Of a stretch of 64,000 bases of DNA, positions 20,700 to 31,554 are shown one piece after another. Both the position numbers and the translations under genes were made by a program. Under the pieces are notes generated by a model. That model saw nothing but the letters and a program-made list of their open reading frames with translations. It was not told the origin of the DNA and searched no databases. How positions within the stretch are numbered: position 1 is the stretch's first letter; every line of letters starts with the position of its first letter. This stretch comes from an uncultured Chloroflexia bacterium (GTDB taxonomy: Bacteria; Chloroflexota; Anaerolineae; CG2-30-64-16), in NCBI GenBank assembly GCA_963774265.1, contig CAVZDU010000005.1, positions 416,001-480,000 of the forward strand, read 5' to 3'.

Positions 20700-21896
20700 T
20701 CACACGCGTAGCCCCTTGCCCCTGGGTGCTGCGAATACCGCGTTCACCAGCGGCAGCGCAGCCAGATTCAGCGCAGCCAGGATGAGGAAGGTCGTGCGAT
20801 AGCCCACCGCATCGACCAGCATGCCTGACACTGCCAGGCCGATCCCCGTGCCCAGATTCGCAATGGCCATGAGGATGGCGAACATAGAGGCGGCGATCCG
20901 CAGGTCGGAGAACCGCATCGCGGCCGCAAAATAGACCGCTTCGTAGAAGCCGAACGCAAATCCGAACGCAATCACCAGCGGCCAGGCAATCTTCGGCCCG
21001 TTGATGAGCGCGAGCACCGCGATGGCGACGAGCGCAGCCATCAGCGCGCCCTGCACGGCGCGGCGATGTCCCAGCCGATCAGCTCGCCGCCCGCCGTCCA
21101 CCCCGCCGAGAATCACGCCCACGCCCCACGCGGCGGTGTAGAACCCCGCGGTAAGGTAAGAGATGCCGTACTCGGCCTGAAGGAACGGATTGACCACCTG
21201 GTTAGCGCCGTTGATGATGAGCGAGTAGAGCGCGCCCAGCAGCCCCAGCGCGATGACAGGCCAAGCCGCGAACGACCGGAACGCGGCCCACTCGAAGCGG
21301 CGCTCCGGCGGGCGGGCCGGCTCTCGTGTCATCAGCACGAGGGGCAACGGCAGCAGCGTCACCGCGGCCAGCGTCCAGAAAGCGATCTGCCACGACGAAA
21401 GCTGCGCCAGCGCACCAATTGCTGCGGACACGATGACCACGCCCGCCGCGCGGCCGCCCACCATGATTCCTTGCACACGGCCCTGTTCCTCTACCGTGGT
21501 GGTGTCGAGGGCGAGGCCGTCCGTGCAGGTGTCGTAGAGCGCCATGCCCGTCATAATGAAGAATGCCAGGCCGGCGAACAGCCCGAATTGCGTCGCCGGA
21601 TTCAGGAAGGGCACGATGACGAGGCCGCCGGCCTGCATGAGCAGACCCAGCACGATGTACGGGATGCGGTGGCCGCGGCCGAGCAGGTTGAAGCGGTCGC
21701 TCACCATGCCGAGGAAGATCTTGAGCACGAACGGCGTCAGCGCGATCGCGCCGAACAGCCCAATCTGCCCCATCGTGAGGTTGAACGAGAGCAGGTAGAG
21801 CGCGTTGAGCGCGGTGAAGTAGGAGAGGATGCTACCCTGTGCGAAATAGAGCAGGGCGAATAGGGCGTAGCGCGCGGTGCGGGGCATGGGCGACAC
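20700..21896 (-). CDS. MFS transporter (AmpG/acetyl-CoA transporter-like)
   Basis: LLYFAQG and D..TDGLA motifs; about 12 TM helices. Confidence 0.88.
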   Translation of the reverse strand: MSPMPRTARYALFALLYFAQGSILSYFTALNALYLLSFNLTMGQIGLFGAIALTPFVLKIFLGMVSDRFNLLGRGHRIPYIVLGLLMQAGGLVIVPFLNPATQFGLFAGLAFFIMTGMALYDTCTDGLALDTTTVEEQGRVQGIMVGGRAAGVVIVSAAIGALAQLSSWQIAFWTLAAVTLLPLPLVLMTREPARPPERRFEWAAFRSFAAWPVIALGLLGALYSLIINGANQVVNPFLQAEYGISYLTAGFYTAAWGVGVILGGVDGGRRADRLGHRRAVQGALMAALVAIAVLALINGPKIAWPLVIAFGFAFGFYEAVYFAAAMRFSDLRIAASMFAILMAIANLGTGIGLAVSGMLVDAVGYRTTFLILAALNLAALPLVNAVFAAPRGKGLRV

Positions 21897-22012
21897 CTCT
21901 TTCAGACCGGAGCAAGAAGGGCGGAGCGGGACAGCCTTGCATGCTATTATACCGCTTGGAGCCGGAAGATATTCACCTTGAATACGATCTCACGGTGGAC
22001 CGCTGATGGGAG

Positions 22013-23038
22013 TCAGTCCGCGGTCACGGGCAGCGGGATGGTCCAGCTTGCCCCAAGGATCGGGCGGAGGCCGCGGACTTCGAGCCGGGCCTGGCTCGCG
22101 CCGCCGGATTTCCCGAACCAACCGGGATAGGGCCGGTAGATGAGTATGATCTCGCGCACGCGGTCGGGCGCCAAGAGTTCACCGCGGGATGCGCAGCAGA
22201 AGTAGACCAGGTCGCCTGCTCGACCCTGGGTATCGACGAGCTGAAAGAAGCGTTGGTCCAGGTCGAGGGCGATTGGCTGGTTGCCGGTGTTCCTTATGGC
22301 GAAGGTGAAGCTCAAGGCCGGCGTGGCGCCGTCCGTCGCGACGATCTCGCCGTACTCGAAGCGCGTCAGGCGCAGAAAATCCGTGATCGTCTCGGATGCC
22401 AGGATCCCTGGCTCGTAACGATACTCGGTCGGCGTCAGGTATTCCGGGTCGACGAACACGTAGTTCGAGACGAAGGCCACTGCGGGAAAGGGGGTTGGTC
22501 GGGCCGGCGTCCAGGTTGGCGGCGGAATGGTGGCGGTCGCAGTTGAAGGCACGAGCGTGGCGGTGGGGGATGCGGTCGCCTCGGTGCGAGCGGTCGCGCT
22601 GGGCGAGGCTTCTGCGATCGGGCCCGGTGGGGCGGTCGCCGGGCGCAGCACCAGCACCCCAATCACCGCGAGTACCAGCACGCCGGCCGCGATCGCGAGA
22701 CGCGGCCGGGGGGTCAGCATACGCCACGGCTGTGGCTGGGCCGCGATCACAAGCTCCGGCGCGGCCACAGTACTGCCCGCATGGAATGCGGCGACTGCCG
22801 CGGCCAGCTCAGCATTGTCGCCGTAGTCTTGCTGGGTGACCGTGATGACCGCGGCCACCCGATCGCGGTTCAGCGCCTCGTTCAGCACCTGGTGCCAGAC
22901 ATCGATCGCAGGGCCGTCGAAGTCGATGAAGGCCGCATCCAGGCCGGCTCCCGCGGCCACGCGCCGAGCATCGGCCTCGCGGGTGTACAGATCGGCCAGG
23001 ACGGCCTGCAAATCATTGAGTGCCGGGTCCCAGGACAT
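22013..23038 (-). CDS. EAD1-like domain + TM helix + Pro/Thr linker + Ig-like (DUF4352-like) domain
   Basis: N-terminal LQAVLADLY..AGLD..I..W..VLNEA, one TM, a PTAT-rich stalk and a beta-rich C-domain. Confidence 0.8.
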   Translation of the reverse strand: MSWDPALNDLQAVLADLYTREADARRVAAGAGLDAAFIDFDGPAIDVWHQVLNEALNRDRVAAVITVTQQDYGDNAELAAAVAAFHAGSTVAAPELVIAAQPQPWRMLTPRPRLAIAAGVLVLAVIGVLVLRPATAPPGPIAEASPSATARTEATASPTATLVPSTATATIPPPTWTPARPTPFPAVAFVSNYVFVDPEYLTPTEYRYEPGILASETITDFLRLTRFEYGEIVATDGATPALSFTFAIRNTGNQPIALDLDQRFFQLVDTQGRAGDLVYFCCASRGELLAPDRVREIILIYRPYPGWFGKSGGASQARLEVRGLRPILGASWTIPLPVTAD

Positions 23039-23041
23039 GGG

Positions 23042-24049
23042 CTACCGCACCCCCTTGTCCGTCAGCCCCGCGATGACCACGTTGATGTGGATCCCCTGGT
23101 TGCGCATATACTTCTGGTTCGATTCCGGTTCGACCAGCCAGCCTCCCTTGTGATGCAGCGCGACGACCCGCCAATCGGTGTCGAACACTGGCGATCCCGA
23201 CGACCCTTCCAGCGTATCTGTCATGTACTGCACGCGGCGCGCATCGGCATACGCGACCACGTTGTGCGACAACGCGATCTGCTTCGGCCCGCCGCCAGGG
23301 TGCTGGACGATAATGACTTCATCGCCTTTGCGAGGGGCGCCGTCGGGGAGCGGTGCGAGCGGCAGCACACCCCACTTCGCGGCCGGATCACCCTTCACTT
23401 TGACGACGGTCCAGTCGTCGCCGCCTTGATCGTCCGTGGGCGAGGTCGCGAATACCTGATCAGGCGCCAGCTCGTAGCGATCGATGGGTTCATCGCGGCC
23501 CTCCGGCGTTTTCTGGTAGTTGAACTCTACATAAGCGGTGGCCGCGACGTCGGACGCATTGAGCACGTGGTGGTTGGTGATCAGCAGGTTGTCCGCGATC
23601 AGGAATCCGGAGCCGCTGCTGCGGTTGGCCAGGACCACGCGAGCAACCGGCCTGGAAACCTGGTAGCCGCGGAGCAGAAATCCAATCGGCCGCAGGCTGC
23701 TGACCGCGCCCGTGATCTTCTCCAACCCGGCCGCATCCGCTGGGCCGCGCCACGCGTCCTCGGTCATCTCGGGCGTGCGAACCGCCAATAGCGCATCCTG
23801 GGCGGCTAGTTGGAGCGACTGCACCTCGGGTTTCTCCTGGCGGGCCAGGTCGATGATCGCGAGCACCTTGGCGTGGTGGTCGGCCTCGGTTAGTACGCTT
23901 TGCCAGGTGTTGACCGGCCGATCGTCCCACGCGATGTACGACGGCTCCAGCCCGACGCTGGTCAGGATGCGCTCGATATCCCGGTCGCGGTAGTACAGCC
24001 GCGCGAGCAGATCGCGCAGGTTGGCCATGGTCCGATAGTCAAGGGACAT
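23042..24049 (-). CDS. EAD1-like domain + trypsin-like (V8-type) serine protease
   Basis: GSGFLI, TNHHVL (His), DWTVV (Asp), GSSGSPV (Ser), VVALHH; no signal peptide; GGAGGT RBS. Confidence 0.9.
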   Translation of the reverse strand: MSLDYRTMANLRDLLARLYYRDRDIERILTSVGLEPSYIAWDDRPVNTWQSVLTEADHHAKVLAIIDLARQEKPEVQSLQLAAQDALLAVRTPEMTEDAWRGPADAAGLEKITGAVSSLRPIGFLLRGYQVSRPVARVVLANRSSGSGFLIADNLLITNHHVLNASDVAATAYVEFNYQKTPEGRDEPIDRYELAPDQVFATSPTDDQGGDDWTVVKVKGDPAAKWGVLPLAPLPDGAPRKGDEVIIVQHPGGGPKQIALSHNVVAYADARRVQYMTDTLEGSSGSPVFDTDWRVVALHHKGGWLVEPESNQKYMRNQGIHINVVIAGLTDKGVR

Positions 24050-24117
24050 GTTTACCTCCCGGAATCCGGCATCAGACCTGTCAGCGAGGGCGGATGGTCT
24101 TCGCACACCCTGCGCAC

Positions 24118-24190
24118 AGTGTAGCATTCCGCGCGGTTAGCGTCAATAGATTTTTGTCCCATTGACACAGGCGGCTGCAGGCCGTATTAT
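24118..24190. promoter_or_regulatory. Back-to-back divergent sigma70 promoters
   Basis: Minus strand TTGACG(24146-24141)-17-TACACT; plus strand TTGACA(24162-24167)-17-TATTAT. Confidence 0.7.
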
Positions 24191-24230
24191 TAGAATTGAC
24201 CACATACGCAATCTCTCGGGGCCGATAGCT

Positions 24231-26010
24231 ATGCCTCCAGATAGCGACTTCAACCGCCGCATGCGCGAGGTCCTGGCCGGGACCTACTCACAACGCGAAA
24301 CCGCCAGGTTGCTCGCACACGATGCTGGCCTGGATCTGACCCACATCGATCTTGCCAACGCGCCGGCTGTCTTCTGGCAGGCTATCGTCGAAGAAGCTGG
24401 ACGCGGTGGGCAAGGTCGAGGCGCTTCTTGTTGAGGCATGCCGCCGTGCGCCGGCTGTCGACGAGTTTGGTGCGCTGATCGAGGAATGCCGCACCCGCCA
24501 GGCGGCCGGCTGGCAGCCGGTGACCACGACTGGCCCCGATATGTCGCCTTCCGCGCGCGCCCGATGGCGCATCTCCAGACGGAAAATCGCCAGCCTGGTT
24601 GGGCTGGCGGTCATCGTGCTGGCCGCGGCTGCAGGCCTCTACTGGTGGCGCGTGCCTGCGACGATGACGGCGTCTTTCACCGTGGCCGTAGCCGAGTTCG
24701 GGTCGCTCAATGCCGACAACCAGCACCAAAGCTCGCCCTTCGAACAGGCTGTGAGCCGCATGGTGTACGACCGGTTGCAGGCGGTGCTGCCTTCACGTCC
24801 CTCGGGGAATCCAAACCCCATCCCTGATCCCCCTGAGGTCCAGATTTGGCACGACAGCTTGGGCTGGACTCAGAAACGCACCGCCCTTGGCATTGTAGAC
24901 GGAAGTTCGTCCGAGATACGGCAGACTGCAGCCCGGAGGCTGGCTGACGCCGTCTCCGCGGACGTGGTGATCTATGGCCAACTCGATGGAGAAGGCCGCG
25001 ACGCCAAATTGTGGTTGCGCATCTACGCGCCTGAACTTGCTGACAGCCGGGAACTGTTGGGCGAACAACAACTTGGGAGGCCAATCCCGGTCACCAACCC
25101 TACGCGGCCTGAGCTCGGAGTCAGCTACGAGATTACATCACGGGTTGAGGCGCTGGTTTTCATCGTGAAAGGGCTGAACTTCGAGTTTCAGGGTCAGCCC
25201 CAGGAGGCAGTCGACCCCTACAGCCGCGCCGCGCAGGTGCCTGGCTGGCACGATGACCAGGGGAAGGAGATCGCTTATTTTTTCATCGGCCGCGCGCAGT
25301 TGAAGGCTGGCAACTACGATGGGGCGACGGAGGCCTTTGAGAAATCCCTGGAGCTCAACCCGGAGTATGCGCGGCCGCAATTAGGGTTGGGCAACGTGGC
25401 GCTGGAGCGTGCGCGTCACCTGCCGGCCGACCAGTTGGACGCGCGGCTGCGCCTGGTCGACGAGGCGATCGCGCGTTACGCCAAGGCGCTTGCGGCTGCG
25501 ACCACTTCGCCGGGCGAGGCGCTAGCGGTCAAAGCCCGGCTCGACCGCTGCACCGCGTACCAGGTGCAAGCGCAAGCAGAGATGGAGGCAGGTCATTATC
25601 CCGAGGCCGATGACGCGCTCAACCTGATGATCGAGGAGGGGCAATTGGCCCTGGCCGGGGCTGACCAGGCGAAGTCTTCACCGGGACAGATCGCGGAGCT
25701 GCGCGGCCTGGCCCATTACGACCTGGCCATTGCGTTCCACCAGAAGGGATATCTGTGGTGTGGCCAGGATCTGACCCAAAGCGCCAGCTTCTACGAGGAG
25801 GCCCGAGCGCACTTCGCCGAGTGCGCCCGGTTTGCCGACATACAACTCGGCGAGAGCCATTCCAGGTTTGTTGATGACTTCAAAGCGGACTGCTCAAACC
25901 AGGAGGCCTGCACGCAACTGTGCATGAATAAGTTGCAGGGAGGACAAAGTGCCTGTTCGGACGATGTTTGCCTCAACCGCTGCCAGGCGTTATCTGCTGG
26001 GGGTGGCTAG
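24231..26010 (+). CDS. EAD1-like domain + TM + alpha/beta domain + TPR repeats + Cys-rich tail (one-base frameshift at about 24408-24410)
   Basis: Removing one G from the GGG run joins ..WQAIVEEAGRG to GKVEALLVEACRR; TPR AYFFIGRAQL..FEKSLELNPEY. Confidence 0.78.
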
Positions 26011-27427
26011 CCGCGCCTGGTTCGTCGTGTTGCTGTGTCTGATGGGATATGCGGGCGGAGTCCAGGCGGCCGAGAACCCGCCAGCCGCGCCGTTTTCTTG
26101 TACGGTCAGGAACGACTTCCTGCGCGCACGCCAGGGGCCGGGCGTCAACTATCCCCTGGTGAAGATGCTGCCCGCCGGCAGCCAGGTCACAGCGGACGCC
26201 CGCAATGCAGACGCGACATGGCTACACATAACTGCCTCGAATCTGAATGCCTGGGTGATGGCCGGAGACGTGGTTTGTACGGGCCAGATTAGCAAGTTGC
26301 CACTACCAAAGCCGCCGCCATCGCCGCCGCCAAAGCTGGCTGCGCTTTCCGCACAATCCAACGGTGCACCACCGTACAAGGAGCAAGAGGCTCGTTATAC
26401 TCAGGCCAACTCGCCGGTCCAGTGGGTGATCGAGTACGACGTGGATCGGGGAGGCAGAGACTATCGCCACTTCGACTTATCGGCAGCCGTGCCGGATCTT
26501 TGTCAGCTGGCGTGCCAGCGCGAGGAGCGCTGCCAGGCCTACGTCTACGCCGAGCCCGGGCTGCGGTCGGAGCGGGCCCACTGCTGGTTGAAGGATGCGA
26601 CGCCAGCGGCGGTGGCGAGTGCGGGTTTCATCTCGGGCTTCAGGACGTTCGGCGCTTGGGAAGAAGGAATCGATCGGGCCGGCAGCGATTTTGGTTCCTG
26701 GCCAGTTGGTTCCCCACAAGAGTGCATGGACCGTTGCCGGGCAGACTCGTGCTGCGCCGCGCTGGCGTACGTGCAACCGGACACGGCAGGCGGTACGGGG
26801 ACCTGCTGGCTTAAGTGGGAGGCGCCCGTGGGTGTGCGTCGCAGCGGGATTCTTTCGGCGGTCAAGCTTTTTGGAGCTATCCGTCCGCCGGGCCCCATTC
26901 CGATTGGCGCAGCGGCCGGGTGCAGCGGCAAACTGGTCTTTCGGGACGACTTCGAACGCGGCTTGGGTTCGGCATGGGCCGCCGATCCGGCGTGGCGAGT
27001 CGAGTCCCTGTCTGGCTCGTGGGTGCTGCGGGGCCGCAATCACTTTTGGGCCACGGTGCGGGGCAGCGGTTGGGGGGACTATCAGCTCTCAACCTGGTTG
27101 CTGTTGGAGCGAGGCACGATCCATCTCAACGTCCGCAAGCAGGGCCAGGATCGCTATTTCCTTGGCTTCCAGGCAGGCAACCTCTATCTGAACCGGCAGC
27201 AAGGCTCGGCCTTCCGAGACCTGACCAGGACGAGCACGCCGTTCAAATTGGGCGAGTGGCATCTGGTGCAGATGGCGGTTCGTGGCGGGCACATCGAGGT
27301 ATTCGTGGACGGCGTTGAGCAGCTTGACTATACGGATCCAAATCCGTTGGGCATCGGCACAATCGCCTTTGAAACCATTGAGAACTCGGTGGCGCAACTC
27401 GACGATGTACAGGTTTGTGTAAGGTAA
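26003..27427 (+). CDS. Secreted SH3b + 2x PAN/apple + LamG/DUF1080-like protein
   Basis: Signal peptide, LRARQGPGVNY, two DR.G.D..C..C..C..CWLK modules, FRDDF..WH..V.GG.I.VFVDG; alternative start 25964. Confidence 0.82.
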   Translation: MASRAWFVVLLCLMGYAGGVQAAENPPAAPFSCTVRNDFLRARQGPGVNYPLVKMLPAGSQVTADARNADATWLHITASNLNAWVMAGDVVCTGQISKLPLPKPPPSPPPKLAALSAQSNGAPPYKEQEARYTQANSPVQWVIEYDVDRGGRDYRHFDLSAAVPDLCQLACQREERCQAYVYAEPGLRSERAHCWLKDATPAAVASAGFISGFRTFGAWEEGIDRAGSDFGSWPVGSPQECMDRCRADSCCAALAYVQPDTAGGTGTCWLKWEAPVGVRRSGILSAVKLFGAIRPPGPIPIGAAAGCSGKLVFRDDFERGLGSAWAADPAWRVESLSGSWVLRGRNHFWATVRGSGWGDYQLSTWLLLERGTIHLNVRKQGQDRYFLGFQAGNLYLNRQQGSAFRDLTRTSTPFKLGEWHLVQMAVRGGHIEVFVDGVEQLDYTDPNPLGIGTIAFETIENSVAQLDDVQVCVR

Positions 27428-27528
27428 AGAACAGGGAGGAAAGAGACCGTGCGGCCCCTTCCCTCCCGATTGAACTCCGGCAAAGTCGCTACCCAGATCG
27501 GTTACCCGGCCGCGTCACCGTGCCAGAC

Positions 27529-28323
27529 ATGGAAACCCAAACCGACGAAACGAGCCGGTTCATGTTCGACTTCTACACCCGCTTCTACGAGGCCGCTGCA
27601 TCCAGCGCGGCCAACGCCGAGTACTGCGACCGCGTCTATGGCCGCAACCTGTGCCAGCATGGGTTCGCCGACCTGCCCGACCTGGACGAGATGGTCCATG
27701 TCAGCGGCATTTCGGCGAGCAGTCGCGTGCTCGACCTGGGCTGCGGCAACGGCATGATCGCCGAGACCATCGCAGATCAGACCGGCGCGCACGTCACCGG
27801 GATCGACTTCATCGAGCGGGCTATTCGGGATGCGCAGGCGCGCACAGAAGCCAAGCGGGAGCGCCTGGCGTTCCTCGTGATGGACATGTCCCGCCTGGAC
27901 TTCCCGCCGGCCAGCTTCGATGTCGTCATCTCGATTGACACCCTCTACTTCGGGGACGCATACGAGACGCTGCGGCCGATCATTCCCATGCTCCGGCCTG
28001 GCGGCCGGCTGGCTGCGTTCTTCGACCAGAGCTGCGGACCAGACACGCCGCAGGAAAGCTATCCCAAGGATCTGACCCTGCCCGACAGCACCGAGCTGGC
28101 CCAGGCGCTGCAACGCCTCGGGTTATCGTATCGGACGTGGGACTACACCGGGAAGATGCTGGCGCACGTGCGCCGCAGGAAGCCGGTCCTGCAGGCCCTC
28201 AAGGCGCAGTTCGAGTCGGAGGGCAACCAGTTCCTTTACGACAGCCACCTGGGCGAGGCGAACGGGATCGAACGGGCCTACGTCAACGGCGCCGGCCGGC
28301 GGTATCTGTACCTGGCGCAGTAG
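27529..28323 (+). CDS. Class I SAM-dependent methyltransferase
   Basis: VLDLGCGNG, VTGID and SFDVVISIDT motifs. Confidence 0.9.
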   Translation: METQTDETSRFMFDFYTRFYEAAASSAANAEYCDRVYGRNLCQHGFADLPDLDEMVHVSGISASSRVLDLGCGNGMIAETIADQTGAHVTGIDFIERAIRDAQARTEAKRERLAFLVMDMSRLDFPPASFDVVISIDTLYFGDAYETLRPIIPMLRPGGRLAAFFDQSCGPDTPQESYPKDLTLPDSTELAQALQRLGLSYRTWDYTGKMLAHVRRRKPVLQALKAQFESEGNQFLYDSHLGEANGIERAYVNGAGRRYLYLAQ

Positions 28324-28399
28324 CCTATCAACTCCGGCGCTGGGGGCGGGATTCGGGATGCCATCCGTCCGGGCATCTTTTCACGGCGCGCGGCAGGTC

Positions 28400-30655
28400 T
28401 CAGCCGTCCACCGCATCCATCACCGCCACCGCGGCGATGTCCACGATGTCCCGCACATCGTCGCCCATCTGCAGCACGTGCACCGGCGCGCCCATGCCCA
28501 GCAGGATCGGGCCGATGGTCTCGGCGTTCCCCAGCCGCGCCAGCAACTTGTAAGCCACGTTCGCGGCTTCCAGCGAGGGGAAAACCAGCACATTGGCGTC
28601 CTTCACCTGGCTGAACGGGTAGCGCTCCTCCACGATCTCCGGCACGACCGCGGTGTCGGCCTGCATCTCGCCGTCCACCGCGAGACCGGGACAGCGCTCC
28701 CGGACCAGCTCGACGGCCCGGCGCACCTTTTCGGTCACGGGATGCCGGGTGCTGCCGAAGTTTGAGAAGGAGAGCAGCGCGACGCGGGGCTCCAGGCCGA
28801 GCCGCCGCGCAAATTCGGCTGCCAGGCAGGCGATGTCGGCCAGGTCTTCGGCAGTCGGCTCGATGTTGACCGTCGCATCGGTGAAGAGGTAGGGCCGGTC
28901 ATTCACGATCATGATGTACACGCCGGCCACCAGGCGCGAGCCGGATGCGGTATGGTGGATCTGCAGCGCGGGCCGGATGACGTCCGGGTAGTGGTGCACC
29001 AGGCCGGAGAGCGCAGCGTCGGCGTCGCCCAGCTTAACCATCATAGGCGCCAGGACGTTCGGATCGCGCATCAGCCGGCGGGCATCCTGCAGCGTCATGC
29101 CCTTGCGCTGCCGCAGCTCCTGGTAGGCCACGGCGTACACCTCGCGGCGGTCGAAGGCTTCGGGGTCCACCACCTCGGCACAGCACTCCAGCCCCAACCG
29201 ATCCAGCTCACGGTTGATCACCTCGGGCCGGCCCAGCAGGATCGGCAGCGCGATCTTTTCTTGCACCAGCCGGACTGCGGCGCGCAGGATCTTGGGTTCT
29301 TCGCCCTCGGCGAACACGACCCGCTTTCCACCGCCCGAACGTTGCGCGGCGTGGAGGAAGTGATGCCGCACCTGTTCGCCTCTGCCCAGGCGGCAGGCCA
29401 ACTGCTCGCGGTACTCGTCCAGGTCGAGCTGCCGCCGCGCGACGCCGCTCTCCATGGCCGCGGCCGCAACCGCGGGCGCCTCCCACAGGATGACGCGCGG
29501 GTCCAGCGGCTTGGGCACGATGTAGTCGGGCCCGAAGCGGAGACTCTCCAGACCGTACGCCCGCAGCACGCTATCCGGCACGTCTTCGCGCGTCAACGCA
29601 GCCAGGGCGTGGGCCGCGGCCAGCTTCATCTCCTCGTTGATGGTGCGCGCCCGCACGTCCAGCGCGCCGCGGAAGATAAACGGGAAGCCGAGCACGTTGT
29701 TGATCTGGTTGGGGTAGTCCGAGCGGCCGGTGGCGATGATCGCATCGGGACGGGCATCGCGCGCCAGCTCGTAGCGGATTTCCGGGTCAGGGTTGGCCAT
29801 TGCGAAGATCAGGGGCCGCTCGGCCATCGTCTTCACCATCTCGGGCTTCAATACATCCGCGGCCGACAAGCCGTAGAAAACGTCTGCTCCCCGCACAGCG
29901 TCCGCCAGCGTCCTGGCGTTGGTGTCCGCCGCGAAGCGTTCTTTGTACTTGTTCATCGATTCGGTCCGGCCGCGGTAGATCACCCCGCGCGAGTCCACCA
30001 TGAGGATGTTCTCGCGGGGCACACCCAGCCGCACCATCAGCTCGGAGCACGAAATCGCGGCCGCGCCCGCGCCGGAGACGCAGATCCGAATCTCATCGAT
30101 GCGCTTGCCGGTCAGCTCCAGCGCGTTGAGCAACCCCGCGGCCGAGATGATGGCTGTGCCGTGCTGGTCATCGTGGAACACCGGGATGTCCAGCGCCGCG
30201 CGCAGCGTCTGCTCGATGTCGAAGCATTCCGGCGCCTTGATGTCCTCCAGGTTGATGCCGCCGAAGGTCGGCGCGATGGCCTTGACCGTCTGGATCACAA
30301 CCTCGGGGTCGTGGCTGTCCAGCTCGATGTCGAACACGTCGATGTCGGCGAACTTTTTGAACAGGACCGCCTTGCCCTCCATGACCGGCTTGCTGGCCAG
30401 CGCGCCGCGGTCGCCCAGGCCGAGGATGGCGGTGCCGTTAGTGACCACCGCGACCAGGTTGCCCTTGGCCGTGTAGTCGTAGGCCAGATCGGCATCCCGG
30501 GCGATTTCCAGCACGGGCACAGCCACGCCGGGCGTGTACGCCAGCCCCAGGTCATACTGGGTCGCCATCGGCTTGGTGGGCACGACGGCCAGCTTGCCGG
30601 GCTTACCGCCCAGGCGGTGGTATTCGAGTGCGTCGTCGGGGGTTATTTTGCGCAT
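28400..30655 (-). CDS. maeB: NADP-dependent malic enzyme with PTA domain
   Basis: [14 protein letters not shown] and GRSDYPNQ motifs plus C-terminal DGEMQAD. Confidence 0.96.
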   Translation of the reverse strand: MRKITPDDALEYHRLGGKPGKLAVVPTKPMATQYDLGLAYTPGVAVPVLEIARDADLAYDYTAKGNLVAVVTNGTAILGLGDRGALASKPVMEGKAVLFKKFADIDVFDIELDSHDPEVVIQTVKAIAPTFGGINLEDIKAPECFDIEQTLRAALDIPVFHDDQHGTAIISAAGLLNALELTGKRIDEIRICVSGAGAAAISCSELMVRLGVPRENILMVDSRGVIYRGRTESMNKYKERFAADTNARTLADAVRGADVFYGLSAADVLKPEMVKTMAERPLIFAMANPDPEIRYELARDARPDAIIATGRSDYPNQINNVLGFPFIFRGALDVRARTINEEMKLAAAHALAALTREDVPDSVLRAYGLESLRFGPDYIVPKPLDPRVILWEAPAVAAAAMESGVARRQLDLDEYREQLACRLGRGEQVRHHFLHAAQRSGGGKRVVFAEGEEPKILRAAVRLVQEKIALPILLGRPEVINRELDRLGLECCAEVVDPEAFDRREVYAVAYQELRQRKGMTLQDARRLMRDPNVLAPMMVKLGDADAALSGLVHHYPDVIRPALQIHHTASGSRLVAGVYIMIVNDRPYLFTDATVNIEPTAEDLADIACLAAEFARRLGLEPRVALLSFSNFGSTRHPVTEKVRRAVELVRERCPGLAVDGEMQADTAVVPEIVEERYPFSQVKDANVLVFPSLEAANVAYKLLARLGNAETIGPILLGMGAPVHVLQMGDDVRDIVDIAAVAVMDAVDG

Positions 30656-30677
30656 GAGGGCACCTCAAAGAATGGGA

Positions 30678-31373
30678 TCACACCACCGCGCCGAAAAGGG
30701 CGCCGACCGCATATGTGATGGCCATGGCGAGCGCGCCCCAGAATGTGACGCGCAGGACACCCCTGGCCTTCCCCGCGCCGCCGATACGCGCGGACACCCA
30801 TCCCAGGAGCGCGAGGGAGACGAGCGAGGTGATCAGGACAAAGGCCACCAGGCCCAGGCCCTTGGCGGGAACCAGCACTGCCACCAGCAGCGGGACTGCA
30901 GCTCCGACGGCAAACGAGCCCGCGGAAGACAGGGCGGCCTGCACCGGCCGTGCGCGCTGCATCTCCGTGATGCCCAACTCATCACGCAGGTGCGCGCCGA
31001 GGGCATCGTGGGCCATGAGCTGCTCCGAGACCTGCCGCGCAAGCCCCGGTTCGAGCCCGCGGGCTTCGTAGATCCCCGCCAACTCCGCCTTCTCCGAATC
31101 GATCTGGGTGGCCAGCTCATGGCGCTCGCGTGCCAGGTCGGCCGCTTCGGTGTCGGCTTGCGAGCTGACCGAGATGTACTCGCCGGCGGCCATGGACATG
31201 GCCCCTGCAACCAGGCCCGCCATGCCCGCGACGGCCACGCTGCTACCCGGGGCGCCCGCGGCGGCCACGCCGAGGATGAGGCTGGCGGTCGACACAATGC
31301 CGTCGTTGGCGCCCAGGACCGCGGCGCGCAACCAGCCGATACGATCGAAACGATGCATTTCACGATGGGGCAT
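30678..31373 (-). CDS. VIT1/CCC1 Fe/Mn transporter family protein
   Basis: LRAAVLGANDGIVS and SMAAGEYISVSSQ motifs. Confidence 0.93.
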   Translation of the reverse strand: MPHREMHRFDRIGWLRAAVLGANDGIVSTASLILGVAAAGAPGSSVAVAGMAGLVAGAMSMAAGEYISVSSQADTEAADLARERHELATQIDSEKAELAGIYEARGLEPGLARQVSEQLMAHDALGAHLRDELGITEMQRARPVQAALSSAGSFAVGAAVPLLVAVLVPAKGLGLVAFVLITSLVSLALLGWVSARIGGAGKARGVLRVTFWGALAMAITYAVGALFGAVV

Positions 31374-31554
31374 GATTAGATCCCTTTCCGCATGTGAGGA
31401 GTCAGTGAGGGTTGCTGATCCGGAAAATCGTCTGCAACCATGTTCAGTAGCTTACTACCAGGTGTAGCCGCGCACAAGTTTCAGAATCCGCGTAGGGTGA
31501 CCTATAATCCCCGCGCAGGAACGCGCCAACTCATCTGGAGACGGACGATCGCTG

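Noticed and set aside
28952-30718. 588-aa plus-strand ORF and many similar long antisense or alternate-frame ORFs
   Set aside because: Shadow ORFs of high-GC genes (here maeB) with no recognisable motifs.
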